Part shown: positions 48,576 to 57,835 of the stretch, in pieces
Layout of the letters: the number at the start of each line of letters is the position of its first letter
Numbering within the stretch: position 1 is the first letter of the stretch
DNA from: Flammeovirgaceae bacterium
Lineage (GTDB): Bacteria; Bacteroidota; Bacteroidia; Cytophagales; Cyclobacteriaceae
Direction of reading: 5' to 3'
Assembly (NCBI GenBank): GCA_024638265.1
Contig: JAHEKQ010000011.1
Location: 1,333 to 65,332, forward strand
DNA: 64,000 nt
Translations under genes and position numbers: made by a program
Notes under the pieces: model-generated
Told to the model about the DNA's origin: nothing
Seen by the model: the letters and a program-made list of their open reading frames with translations, nothing else
The model's database searches: none

Positions 48576-49763
48576 TTAGTCGAGGATCTCAGTTACCTGT
48601 CCTGATCCTACTGTCCTACCACCTTCACGGATCGCGAATCGGAGACCTTTCTCCATCGCAATAGTGTTGATGAGTTCGACAGTGATAGATACATTATCAC
48701 CTGGCATAACCATCTCTACTCCATCGGGGAGCATGATCTCACCAGTCACGTCTGTAGTCCTGAAATAGAACTGAGGTCGGTACTTGTTAAAGAAAGGAGT
48801 GTGTCGACCACCTTCTTCTTTTGAAAGAACGTAAACCTCAGCTTTGAATTTGGCATGAGGGTTTACAGAACCTGGCTTACAGATTACCATACCTCTGCGG
48901 ATGTCAGTCTTTTCGATACCCCTGAGCAGAAGACCAGTGTTATCACCAGCTTCACCCCTGTCGAGGATCTTACGGAACATCTCCACACCAGTAATAACTG
49001 ACTTGAGGTTTTCAGCTCCCATTCCGAGGATATCCACGGGATCACCGGAGTTAATAACACCTCTTTCAATCCTACCAGTGGCAACAGTTCCCCTACCAGT
49101 AATAGAGAATACGTCTTCCACAGGCATGAGGAAATCTTTGTCGATCAATCGCTCGGGAAGAGGAATATACTCATCGACAGCTGTCATGAGCTCCTTTACC
49201 TTTTCAACCCACTGATCTTCACCATTCAAAGCACCAAGTGCAGAACCTTGAATAATTGGAATATCATCTCCTGGGAAATCGTATGATGAAAGAAGTTCCC
49301 TTACTTCCATTTCAACGAGTTCGAGGAGTTCTGCATCATCAACGAGGTCAACCTTGTTCATGAATACTACAATTGCAGGTACACCTACCTGACGTGCAAG
49401 CAGGATGTGCTCACGAGTCTGAGGCATAGGGCCGTCAGTTGCAGCAACCACAAGGATTGCTCCGTCCATCTGGGCAGCTCCTGTTACCATGTTTTTAACG
49501 TAGTCAGCGTGTCCAGGACAGTCAACGTGCGCATAGTGCCTGTTTTCAGTCTGGTACTCAACGTGTGCGGTATTAATGGTAATTCCCCTTTCTTTTTCTT
49601 CAGGTGCGTTGTCAATTGAGGCAAAATCCCTGAGGTCTGCCAGACCTTCCTTTGCAAGAACGGTAGTAATAGCAGCCGTAAGAGTGGTCTTACCATGGTC
49701 AACGTGACCTATGGTACCGATATTCACGTGCGGTTTGGATCGATCAAAAGTCTCTTTAGCCAT
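48576..49763 (-). CDS. tuf: Elongation factor Tu
   Basis: 395 aa with [14 protein letters not shown] and NKVD motifs. Confidence 0.98.
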   Translation of the reverse strand: MAKETFDRSKPHVNIGTIGHVDHGKTTLTAAITTVLAKEGLADLRDFASIDNAPEEKERGITINTAHVEYQTENRHYAHVDCPGHADYVKNMVTGAAQMDGAILVVAATDGPMPQTREHILLARQVGVPAIVVFMNKVDLVDDAELLELVEMEVRELLSSYDFPGDDIPIIQGSALGALNGEDQWVEKVKELMTAVDEYIPLPERLIDKDFLMPVEDVFSITGRGTVATGRIERGVINSGDPVDILGMGAENLKSVITGVEMFRKILDRGEAGDNTGLLLRGIEKTDIRRGMVICKPGSVNPHAKFKAEVYVLSKEEGGRHTPFFNKYRPQFYFRTTDVTGEIMLPDGVEMVMPGDNVSITVELINTIAMEKGLRFAIREGGRTVGSGQVTEILD

Positions 49764-49816
49764 GTTTGAAAATTAATAATTTAGTTTCTAATAATTTAAG
49801 TTCAATAGTTAAACTG

Positions 49817-49888
49817 AGCCAACGACGGGATTTGAACCCGTGACCTCTTCCTTACCAAGGAAGCGCTCTACCCCTGAGCTACGTCGGC
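49817..49888 (-). tRNA. trnT: tRNA-Thr (anticodon GGT), CCA not encoded
   Basis: Manual cloverleaf: acceptor GCCGACG/CGTTGGC, anticodon loop TTGGTAA, T-arm ACGGG-TTCAAAT-CCCGT; 72 nt. Confidence 0.9.
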
Positions 49889-49955
49889 CTGGAGCATGCC
49901 AGGTTCACATCCCTATCAGTACTCAATATTCACGATCCGTCTGATCATGTAACTG

Positions 49956-50028
49956 AGCGGGCGACGAGGCTCGAACCCGCGACCTACAGCTTGGAAGGCT
50001 GTCGCTCTACCAACTGAGCTACGCCCGC
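49956..50028 (-). tRNA. trnG: tRNA-Gly (anticodon TCC), CCA not encoded
   Basis: Manual cloverleaf: acceptor GCGGGCG/CGCCCGC, anticodon loop CTTCCAA; the T-stem has two G-U pairs; 73 nt. Confidence 0.85.
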
Positions 50029-50060
50029 ATCAATATTCGATTTTTCAATCTTCAATTGTG

Positions 50061-50145
50061 TGGTGGGGAGAGCAGGATTCGAACCTACGAAGGCTGAGCC
50101 AACAGATTTACAGTCTGCCCCGTTTGACCGCTTCGGTATCTCCCC
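50061..50145 (-). tRNA. trnY: tRNA-Tyr (anticodon GTA), long variable arm, 3' CCA encoded
   Basis: Manual cloverleaf: acceptor GGGGAGA/TCTCCCC, anticodon loop TGTAAAT, T-arm GTAGG-TTCGAAT-CCTGC; 85 nt. Confidence 0.9.
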
Positions 50146-50198
50146 TAACAATAAGCACTAAGAACTCATCCCAAAGCCTACCCCGGCTTAAGGAAGTG

Positions 50199-50206
50199 CA
50201 AAAATA
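50199..50206 (-). promoter_or_regulatory. Candidate -7 promoter box (TATTTTTG) for tRNA-Tyr/Gly/Thr-tuf
   Basis: Match to TAnnTTTG, 53 nt upstream of the tRNA-Tyr 5' end. Confidence 0.35.
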
Positions 50207-50262
50207 TACCCTTTTTCTTTTTATTCAAACATCTCAAAAAAGAATTTGAAAATGTAAATAGA

Positions 50263-50559
50263 CTAAAGAAAGAGGATGTTTTTTACCACACTGCGACCCA
50301 GTTCTTCCTCGATTTTTTCCATCAATTTAGATTTTGACATGTTGAGCTCATGTTTCAGGGAAGCAGAACTTAGTTCCACAAATAGAATGTCATCCTTGAT
50401 AAAGATCCTTTCCGTTCTTTTTGCGATCGGGGCTCCTGCGATCTTGGCCCAGGATGAAATGAGGTCGGTCCTATCAAATTTATTGTGCAGAGAATACTGA
50501 TCAAGCATTTTTTTAAGAGCATCTCCCACACTACTGATATCGCGGTCTCTTCGGTTCAT
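50263..50559 (-). CDS. DUF721 (DciA-like) protein
   Basis: 98 aa, directly downstream of recF as is usual in Bacteroidota. Sequence style of DUF721 (W..I.G..IA..T....I.D..L.V...S......EL). Confidence 0.7.
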   Translation of the reverse strand: MNRRDRDISSVGDALKKMLDQYSLHNKFDRTDLISSWAKIAGAPIAKRTERIFIKDDILFVELSSASLKHELNMSKSKLMEKIEEELGRSVVKNILFL

Positions 50560-50575
50560 AAGCCAAAGGTACCAC

Positions 50576-51640
50576 CTATATATATATGGTATGAGCTTTT
50601 ACCCCTAATTCTGTCATTATTTCTTTTACCCGCTCTGCACGTGCATCCGTAATGAAACTCTGCAAACCAAGGTCCTGGATTAATTTCATTAAATGATGAA
50701 TCCTGCCCGTATCGAGCCTGTCAAATATATCGTCAAGCAAAAGTAATGGCTTTCCCTCAATAAGGTTCAGAAAGGAAAGTTTCAATGCGAGCATATAGGA
50801 TTTTTGCTGACCCTGTGATCCGAAATTTTTTAAATCGTGATCGTCAATGAGAAATGTGAAATCATCACGATGAGGACCCTGGAGTGAACGGCCCGCATCG
50901 AGATCATTTGCGCGGCCTGCCTGAAACTCCGAAATAAAACTATCAGAAATTATTGACGGACTATATAAAACGGCCACCTCTTCCTTATCATCACACAATA
51001 TCTTGTAAATCTCCCCAAACCTTTCACGAATGTCATCCACGATTTTTGCCCTTTTTTCAATCAAGCCCGGTGCGACTTTATTCATCTGATCGTCATAGCT
51101 ATCCAACAGGGAGTCGTCCCGGTACCTGCCTTCTCTCATACTTTTCAGGGCCGCATTCCTCTGTTTGAGTATCCTGTTGTAGGTCAAAAGATCATCCAGG
51201 TATTGGTGGTCTGATTGTGACAGTATTCCGTCAAACAGTTTCCTCCGTATATCACTTGCCATCCTCACGTAATCGACATCGTGCGGGTGGATCAGCACTG
51301 ATGTGAATCTCCCAATATGTTCGGAGTAACGATCGTATTCCTGGTCATCGCAGCTCACTGTCTTACGCATTGAGATTCCTATTTTACAGGTCACCGAATG
51401 AGTTGCTCCATCCTTTTCAAATTCCCCGCGTACCGATGCCTGGCTTTCTCCATCCTTTAAGACCAATTGATCGGAACTCTGGAATGCACTCTTTGTGAGG
51501 CACAGGAAATAAATCGCATCGAGCAGATTGGTCTTACCTGTCCCGTTATCTCCAACAATACAGTTGATCCCCGGTGTAAATTCAAATTTCCCCCGGGCGT
51601 AGTTCTTGAAATTAAACAATGTGACATTTCTGAGGTGCAT
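50576..51640 (-). CDS. recF: DNA replication and repair protein RecF
   Basis: From the ATG at 51640: MHLRNVTLFNFKNY and Walker A GDNGTGKTNLLDAIY, plus a C-terminal LLLDDIFDRLD Walker B. The longer track ORF would overlap pdhA. Confidence 0.9.
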   Translation of the reverse strand: MHLRNVTLFNFKNYARGKFEFTPGINCIVGDNGTGKTNLLDAIYFLCLTKSAFQSSDQLVLKDGESQASVRGEFEKDGATHSVTCKIGISMRKTVSCDDQEYDRYSEHIGRFTSVLIHPHDVDYVRMASDIRRKLFDGILSQSDHQYLDDLLTYNRILKQRNAALKSMREGRYRDDSLLDSYDDQMNKVAPGLIEKRAKIVDDIRERFGEIYKILCDDKEEVAVLYSPSIISDSFISEFQAGRANDLDAGRSLQGPHRDDFTFLIDDHDLKNFGSQGQQKSYMLALKLSFLNLIEGKPLLLLDDIFDRLDTGRIHHLMKLIQDLGLQSFITDARAERVKEIMTELGVKAHTIYI

Positions 51641-51690
51641 TCTAGATTTTTGATTAATTTCGCAACCCGATTGAAACACCAAAATAAACC

Positions 51691-52725
51691 ATGGCGACAA
51701 CAACAAAAAAGAAAACAACTGCTTCAAAATCCAAAAAGCTCAAGTATTCCAAGGAGACTTACTTGACATGGTTTGAACAGATGCTTCTTATGAGGAGGTT
51801 TGAGGAGAAGTGTGGTCAGTTATACGGGCAGCAGAAAATCAAGGGATTTTGTCACCTCTACATCGGTCAGGAGGCCTGTGCCGCCGGAGCTGTTTCTGCC
51901 CTTGATAAAGAAGACAAATGGATTACTGCCTACCGTGATCATGGCCAACCTCTTGCACTTGGAACAGACCCCAAAAAGGTAATGGCTGAGTTATTCGCTA
52001 AGGAAACAGGGATATCCAGGGGCAAAGGTGGCTCCATGCATATATTTGACAAGGAACACCACTTCTTTGGTGGTCATGGAATCGTGGGGGGACAAATCCC
52101 CCTCGGAACTGGGATCGCATTCTCCGAAAAATACAATAAGACCAAAAATCTCTGTATTTGCTTCATGGGTGATGGAGCTGTAAGACAGGGCGCGTTTCAT
52201 GAGGCTCTCAACCTGGCCATGTTCTGGCAACTGCCGGTAATTTTTGTTATTGAAAATAATGGCTATGCCATGGGTACTTCAGTTCAACGAACCTCCAATG
52301 TTCACGAACTTTACACCTTGGGTGAAGCGTATGACATCCCCTCTGCACCGGTTGATGCTATGAATGTGGAGGAAGTACATGATGCCGTTGCGAAAGCAGC
52401 AAAAAGGGCTCGTACCAACGGAGGGCCTACCCTTCTTGAATTCAGGACCTACCGTTATAAAGGTCATTCAATGAGTGATCCCGCGAAGTACCGCACCAAG
52501 GAAGAAGTGGAGGAATATAAGAGCATGGATCCCATTGAGCAGGTAAGGAAAACTATTCTTGATAATAAGCTGGCAAAAGAGGAAGACCTCAAATCCATAG
52601 AAGATCAGATCAAGGCAACTGTTGCTGAAGCTGTCGAGTTTGCCGAGAATTCTGATTTCCCGGATCCATCCCAAGCCTACGAAGATGTATACCAGGAAGA
52701 GGGATATCCATTTATCACTGACTGA
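51691..52725 (+). CDS. pdhA: Pyruvate dehydrogenase E1 component subunit alpha
   Basis: 344 aa with the ThDP-binding region FMGDGAVRQGAFHEALNLA...VIENNGYAMGT. Confidence 0.9.
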   Translation: MATTTKKKTTASKSKKLKYSKETYLTWFEQMLLMRRFEEKCGQLYGQQKIKGFCHLYIGQEACAAGAVSALDKEDKWITAYRDHGQPLALGTDPKKVMAELFAKETGISRGKGGSMHIFDKEHHFFGGHGIVGGQIPLGTGIAFSEKYNKTKNLCICFMGDGAVRQGAFHEALNLAMFWQLPVIFVIENNGYAMGTSVQRTSNVHELYTLGEAYDIPSAPVDAMNVEEVHDAVAKAAKRARTNGGPTLLEFRTYRYKGHSMSDPAKYRTKEEVEEYKSMDPIEQVRKTILDNKLAKEEDLKSIEDQIKATVAEAVEFAENSDFPDPSQAYEDVYQEEGYPFITD

Positions 52726-52771
52726 TATTTGAATTTTTTCACTATTTTTGCGCCCTAAATTTCAGGACCCA

Positions 52772-53503
52772 ATGGCAAAAGCACAAGGAAGAAAGATCAC
52801 TTCAAAGTCTGAAAAGAAGGCCCAGGCAGGAGATGTATGGGAAAATCCAGAGGCACTGGCGGAACAATTCAGCAGGACGGAGAAGTTCTTCAACGAAAAT
52901 AAAGGACTGGTCACAATCATATTTGCTGCCGTTGTTATCATCGTTGGTGGTATCATAGGTTGGAGATATTACAGTCAGAATCTGAATGAAGAAGCCAAAT
53001 CGGAAATGTTCCAGGCGGTTTTCTACTTCGAACAGGACAGTCTCCAACTCGCATTAAGGGGTGATGGCAACAACCTTGGGTTTGCGGATATTGTTGATCA
53101 ATATGGTAATACCCGAAGTGGAAACCTGGCCAATTTTTATGCTGGAGTCATCCACGTGGAACTCGGCAACTTCGATGTAGCCAAACTTTACCTGGAAGAT
53201 TTTTCTTCCGATGACCTCATTATCCAATCACGAGCTTACAGTCTGATGGGAGATATCGCCATGGAGGAGGGAGATTATGAATTGGCTACAGATTACTACC
53301 GGCAAGCTGCTAACTATAAGGCCAACAAGGAATTTACTCCAGTGTACTTATACAAGCTGGCAATAGCTTATGAGAAAACCGGGAATACCGAAGAGGCCAG
53401 AAATGCCTACAAGGAAATCCTCGATAAGTTCTGGGATGCCGATCAGAACACAATCCAACAGGCCAAAAAACATTATGCCCGCCTGGGTGGTGAAGCACTC
53501 TAA
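52772..53503 (+). CDS. Membrane-anchored TPR-like protein (YfgM-like architecture)
   Basis: From the ATG at 52772 (the track start at 52748 is TTG): a single TM helix (LVTIIFAAVVIIVGGIIGW) followed by TPR-like helices. TAATG overlap with ribH. Confidence 0.65.
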   Translation: MAKAQGRKITSKSEKKAQAGDVWENPEALAEQFSRTEKFFNENKGLVTIIFAAVVIIVGGIIGWRYYSQNLNEEAKSEMFQAVFYFEQDSLQLALRGDGNNLGFADIVDQYGNTRSGNLANFYAGVIHVELGNFDVAKLYLEDFSSDDLIIQSRAYSLMGDIAMEEGDYELATDYYRQAANYKANKEFTPVYLYKLAIAYEKTGNTEEARNAYKEILDKFWDADQNTIQQAKKHYARLGGEAL

Positions 53504-53976
53504 TGGCCAACTACCAGAACAACCCGACTGACTACTCGTTCGGAAACCCATCCGATTTTACCAATATCAAGATTGGCATTTGTGTATCTAAGTGGAACAG
53601 TGAAGTAACGGAATCACTTTATGAAGGAGCTGTTCAAGCGCTTCTGAAGAAAGGTTGTTCAAGCGGGAACATAGTCAGATCCAACGTACCCGGCAGCTTC
53701 GAGCTACCCCTGGCTTGCCAGCGATTTGCAAAGCGTGAAGATATTGACCTCGTGATTGCATTGGGATGTGTGATCCAGGGAGAGACCCCGCACTTTACTT
53801 TCATCTGTGATGCTGTTGCCAATGGAATTACCCGGATCAACCTGGACACCGGGAAACCCGTTATTTTCGGCGTACTTACCACCAATACGCATCAGCAAGC
53901 ACTTGACAGAGCTGGGGGCAAGCACGGCAATAAAGGTGAAGAGGCCGCCCTCTCAGGTTTGAAAATGCTGGTATAA
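53503..53976 (+). CDS. ribH: 6,7-dimethyl-8-ribityllumazine synthase
   Basis: 157 aa with conserved VPGSFELP and HFTFICDAV. Confidence 0.95.
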   Translation: MANYQNNPTDYSFGNPSDFTNIKIGICVSKWNSEVTESLYEGAVQALLKKGCSSGNIVRSNVPGSFELPLACQRFAKREDIDLVIALGCVIQGETPHFTFICDAVANGITRINLDTGKPVIFGVLTTNTHQQALDRAGGKHGNKGEEAALSGLKMLV

Positions 53977-54001
53977 AAAAAATCCGGTCATTGACCGGAT
54001 T
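53973..54001 (-). terminator. Hairpin terminator at the ribH/icd convergent junction (U-run only on the icd side)
   Basis: aatccggtc-att-gaccggatt, with an A-run on the + strand that gives a U-run after the hairpin on the - strand. Confidence 0.6.
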
Positions 54002-54006
54002 CCCTA

Positions 54007-55233
54007 TTACATATTCTTTATTATTTCCTCACCGAATTCCGAACACTTCAGGAGCGTCGCCCCTTCCATCAATCTTTCAAAATCATAGGTTACACGCTTG
54101 CTTGAAATAGCAGCTTCGATTCCCTTATAGATAAGGTCTGCAGCTTCCTGCCATCCGAGGTATTCCAGCATCATGGCACCAGATAAAATTACGGATCCGG
54201 GATTCACTTTGTCCTGGCCCGCATATTTAGGAGCTGTTCCATGTGTTGCTTCAAATATCGCCGCTCCGGTAACATAGTTGATATTCGCCCCGGGGGCAAT
54301 GCCAATTCCACCCACAATCGCTGCAAGTGCATCGGAAACGTAATCGCCATTCAGGTTGAGAGTGGCTATCACGGAATATTCTGCAGGACGTAAAAGGATT
54401 TGTTGAAGAAAGGCATCGGCAATTACATCTTTTACAATAATCTCCCTGCCTTCGTGGTGGATAACCTGCCACGGTCCTCCCTGGTAATCTACAGCACCAT
54501 ACTCTGTTTTGGCCAATTCATATCCCCAGTCCCGGAAGGCACCTTCGGTGAACTTCATGATATTGCCCTTATGAACAAGTGTGACTGAATCCTTTTCCTG
54601 GGCTATTGCATATTCAATTGCTGCCCTTACCAATCGCTGAGTTCCCTCTTTAGAAACAGGCTTTATTCCATAACCAGCGGTATTGGGAAACCTTACTTTG
54701 CTGAAGCGATCCCCGAAACTTGACTTGAGCATATCAGCAAACTTATCCGCATCATCTGTGCCCTGCTGAAACTCGATGCCAGCATAAATATCCTCCGTAT
54801 TCTCCCTGAATATTACCATATCAGTGGTAGAAGGATCCTTTACCGGTGAGGGAGTGCCGGTGAACCATCGTACTGGACGAACACAAGAGTATAAGTCCAG
54901 TTCCTGGCGGAGCGCAACATTCAATGATCTTATACCACCACCTACCGGTGTGGTCAAGGGACCCTTGATCCCAACCAGGTAATCTCGAAATGCCTGTAGG
55001 GTTTCTTCCGGAAGCCAGTCTCCGCTTGCATTAAATGATTTTTCTCCGGCATAGACCTCTTTCCATGCAATCTTTTTCGATCCACCGTAAGCCTTTTCAA
55101 CCGCTGCGTCAAGTACCGCTTTTGAAGCGGGCCATATATCCACACCGGTTCCGTCTCCTTCAATAAATGGAATAATTGGTTCGTCAGGAACGGATAGTAC
55201 TCCGTTAGAAATTGAGATTTTTTGTTCGCTCAT
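54007..55233 (-). CDS. icd: NADP-dependent isocitrate dehydrogenase
   Basis: 408 aa prokaryotic homodimeric IDH ([31 protein letters not shown]). Confidence 0.95.
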   Translation of the reverse strand: MSEQKISISNGVLSVPDEPIIPFIEGDGTGVDIWPASKAVLDAAVEKAYGGSKKIAWKEVYAGEKSFNASGDWLPEETLQAFRDYLVGIKGPLTTPVGGGIRSLNVALRQELDLYSCVRPVRWFTGTPSPVKDPSTTDMVIFRENTEDIYAGIEFQQGTDDADKFADMLKSSFGDRFSKVRFPNTAGYGIKPVSKEGTQRLVRAAIEYAIAQEKDSVTLVHKGNIMKFTEGAFRDWGYELAKTEYGAVDYQGGPWQVIHHEGREIIVKDVIADAFLQQILLRPAEYSVIATLNLNGDYVSDALAAIVGGIGIAPGANINYVTGAAIFEATHGTAPKYAGQDKVNPGSVILSGAMMLEYLGWQEAADLIYKGIEAAISSKRVTYDFERLMEGATLLKCSEFGEEIIKNM

Positions 55234-55262
55234 GTTATTTTATTCTTTCTTTACTCGGGCTG

Positions 55263-55270
55263 CAAAGCTA
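55263..55270 (-). promoter_or_regulatory. Candidate -7 promoter box (TAGCTTTG) for icd
   Basis: Match to TAnnTTTG, 29 nt upstream of the ATG at 55233. Confidence 0.45.
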
Positions 55271-55282
55271 GCAAAAAATGCC

Positions 55283-56104
55283 TCAATATTGTTCCCCGTC
55301 ATTGGGAAAATCCACGGACTTTACATCCTTAATATATTGCCGAACGGCTTCCCCAACTTCTTTATTCAAATCTGCATACCTCCTGAGAAATCGAGGCTGG
55401 AATTCTGTGGTAATACCCAACATATCCTGCATGACCAGAACTTGACCGTCTGTGTCGGGGCCGGCACCAATTCCAATGGTTGGTATATTGATGGACTCTG
55501 TTACTTTTTTAGCCAGTGCTGCCGGGATTTTTTCAAGTACTATCCCGAAACACCCACACTCCTCGAGAATCTTGGCATCCTCCATGAGTTTGGCTGCTTC
55601 TTTTTCCTCTTTTGCCCTGACCGTATAAGTCCCGAATTTGAAAATGGATTGTGGGGTCAGTCCGAGGTGTCCCATCACGGGGACTCCTGCACTTAAGATT
55701 CGTGTAACGGACTCTCGAATCTCGGCACCCCCTTCCATTTTAATGGCATGGGCTCCTGATTCCTTCATTATACGGATGGCTGACCTAAGTGCTTCGGAAC
55801 TATTGCCCTGGTAACTACCAAAAGGTATATCCACCACCACAAAAGCCCTTTCAACTCCCCTGATGACTGAGCTGGCATGATAGATCATCTGGTCAAGTGT
55901 GATGGGAAGGGTAGTCTCATGGCCTGCCATCACATTACTGGCACTGTCGCCAACGAGGAGTACATCGATACCGGCTGAATCTATGATTTTGGCCATACTG
56001 AAATCATAGGCCGTCAACATGGATATCTTCTCACCGCGTTCCTTCATGGCCTGAAGCTGGTGCGTAGTAATACGCTTTATACTTTCGGATTTATGTATTG
56101 ACAT
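55283..56104 (-). CDS. panB: 3-methyl-2-oxobutanoate hydroxymethyltransferase
   Basis: 273 aa with conserved MLTAYD, LVGDS and KMEGG. Confidence 0.95.
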   Translation of the reverse strand: MSIHKSESIKRITTHQLQAMKERGEKISMLTAYDFSMAKIIDSAGIDVLLVGDSASNVMAGHETTLPITLDQMIYHASSVIRGVERAFVVVDIPFGSYQGNSSEALRSAIRIMKESGAHAIKMEGGAEIRESVTRILSAGVPVMGHLGLTPQSIFKFGTYTVRAKEEKEAAKLMEDAKILEECGCFGIVLEKIPAALAKKVTESINIPTIGIGAGPDTDGQVLVMQDMLGITTEFQPRFLRRYADLNKEVGEAVRQYIKDVKSVDFPNDGEQY

Positions 56105-56107
56105 ATG

Positions 56108-56620
56108 CTAAACTAAACAAACTTCTGACTTGTCTCCCTTTAATGTGACCTGGACGTGGTCATTAAGTGTTGTACTAAGTGCTACTCCTTTATACCTGGC
56201 ACTGACCGGAAATTTTGAATAGCCACGGTCTACAAGTACTGCTACTTCGATTTTCTTTGTATTTAGTTCAAGGAATGGCCCTAGGCTATACATAAGAGTC
56301 TTTCCGGTATTCAGTACATCATCCACCAGGATAACCGGGAACTTAACGAGCTTTTTAATGTCCTCGCTCAATTTCACCTCCTTAAAGTGAGGATTTTCTT
56401 TATCAAGAGATACCTCTACCAAAACAGTTTCTATTCCGGAAATAGCTTCAAGCTCTGCAGCCAGGAGTTCAGCCAATTGATAGCCTTGTCCTGAAATTCC
56501 TGCAAATACCAGTTTCTTCTCCTTGAAATTAAACTCATAGATCTCATAAGCGATTCGCCTGATCTTTTTCCTGATCTGGTCGGCACCCAATATGAGATTT
56601 ATATCTGAAGACATAGGCAT
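56108..56620 (-). CDS. Phosphoribosyltransferase-family protein, PyrR-like
   Basis: 170 aa with the PRPP-binding motif VILVDDVLNTGKT and a PyrR-like N-terminus (I.RIAYEIYE.N). A regulatory versus enzymatic role cannot be decided from sequence. Confidence 0.7.
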   Translation of the reverse strand: MPMSSDINLILGADQIRKKIRRIAYEIYEFNFKEKKLVFAGISGQGYQLAELLAAELEAISGIETVLVEVSLDKENPHFKEVKLSEDIKKLVKFPVILVDDVLNTGKTLMYSLGPFLELNTKKIEVAVLVDRGYSKFPVSARYKGVALSTTLNDHVQVTLKGDKSEVCLV

Positions 56621-56653
56621 TTCATTTAAAGGTAGCTAAAATACAAAAATCCT

Positions 56654-57835
56654 TCAGGACGGCGTAAGAAGATTCTCATAGACCTTATTATATCGGTCAA
56701 TACCGATTTGAAGGGATAGGTTATTTTCCACCCAAACTCTGCCCCGAAAGTCGCTTTGGATAAGTCGAAGTAACTCTTTGGACTTTGCGAGATACTCTTC
56801 CCTGCTAAACTCTTCAATAAGAATACCTAATTGATGATTCGATACAACCTGGTCGAGGTCTCCAATCCCCTTGTTAACTACCACCGGGATATCCATGGAT
56901 AGTGCCTCTCCCACTTTGGTCGGGGAGCTGGCAGTTTTACTAAACACAGGTTTGATGAATGAAAGCAAAGCATCCATTTTTACCAGTTCACCCGGGACAC
57001 CCGTGCGTGAGGCTGAAGTAATAATGTATTGATCCTCGCTGATGTCAAATTCTTCTAATAGTTTCACGAGATATCTTGAGTCATCTTTGGTAACGATCAA
57101 CAATTTGTACTCAGGGGCAATGGTAATGAAGACCGAAAAGAACTCAATCATTTCCCGGGTCATATACCAGGTACCAAGGGAACCGAGATATCCTATATAC
57201 TTTGCTTCAACCTGAGGGACCAAGACAGCTTCCCTGTCGAACAATTTCATGTCGACACAACAGGGAATTACTTCGATATGGTCGATTGAATGGGTCGTTG
57301 AAAGATAAGCAGCCGAAGTGTTAGTCAGGCTTACCACATAATCCGATTCCATCAGAAATTCTTTCTCCTTCTTTTTAAAATACTTGTAGATAGTCCTGAA
57401 AAGCGGGTTTCTTATATCCCAGATATTCCCCTCAATGCGTTCATCGGCCCAGTATCCCCTCATATCAAATATAAACTTCAGCCCACGATCAACTTTCATC
57501 TCCAATCCGACAATTGAAGTAATATAACTCCTGCAGTGGACTGCATGGTATCCTTCGAGTTCGGTTTCCTTTCGCACTGCTTTTCTTAGCGTCTTCAGAT
57601 CATACAGTGTTGAGAAGACCGGTGGATACTTGTGATACTTCAGGGGTATCCATTTAATTCCACGGGACTCCATCAGCTCCTCCAGTTCCTTCGAATTGTT
57701 TTTCCAACCCGGTTTTTCAAAGCTTACTATGGTGAACTGATGACCTTTTTGCTGTAATCCGAGTACATAGGGTAGAATTTGGCTGCTGCCAAGCGGATCA
57801 GTTAAACCATCATATGTGAGATAAAGGATTCTCAT
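56654..57835 (-). CDS. Glycosyltransferase, GT-B fold (family 4-like)
   Basis: From the ATG at 57835: MRILYLTYDGLTDPLGSSQILPY, typical of GT4-type enzymes. ATGA overlap with the upstream asnB-like gene. Confidence 0.75.
   Translation of the reverse strand: MRILYLTYDGLTDPLGSSQILPYVLGLQQKGHQFTIVSFEKPGWKNNSKELEELMESRGIKWIPLKYHKYPPVFSTLYDLKTLRKAVRKETELEGYHAVHCRSYITSIVGLEMKVDRGLKFIFDMRGYWADERIEGNIWDIRNPLFRTIYKYFKKKEKEFLMESDYVVSLTNTSAAYLSTTHSIDHIEVIPCCVDMKLFDREAVLVPQVEAKYIGYLGSLGTWYMTREMIEFFSVFITIAPEYKLLIVTKDDSRYLVKLLEEFDISEDQYIITSASRTGVPGELVKMDALLSFIKPVFSKTASSPTKVGEALSMDIPVVVNKGIGDLDQVVSNHQLGILIEEFSREEYLAKSKELLRLIQSDFRGRVWVENNLSLQIGIDRYNKVYENLLTPS

Noticed and set aside
51641-51727. N-terminal extension of recF with a signal-peptide-like sequence (MKQLFSFLLLSPWFILVF...)
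   Set aside because: RecF is cytoplasmic. The conserved RecF N-terminus begins at the ATG at 51640, and the extension would overlap the divergent pdhA start.
56626-56817. 63 aa - strand ORF at the 3' end of the GT4-like gene
   Set aside because: It overlaps the glycosyltransferase out of frame and has no supporting signals.
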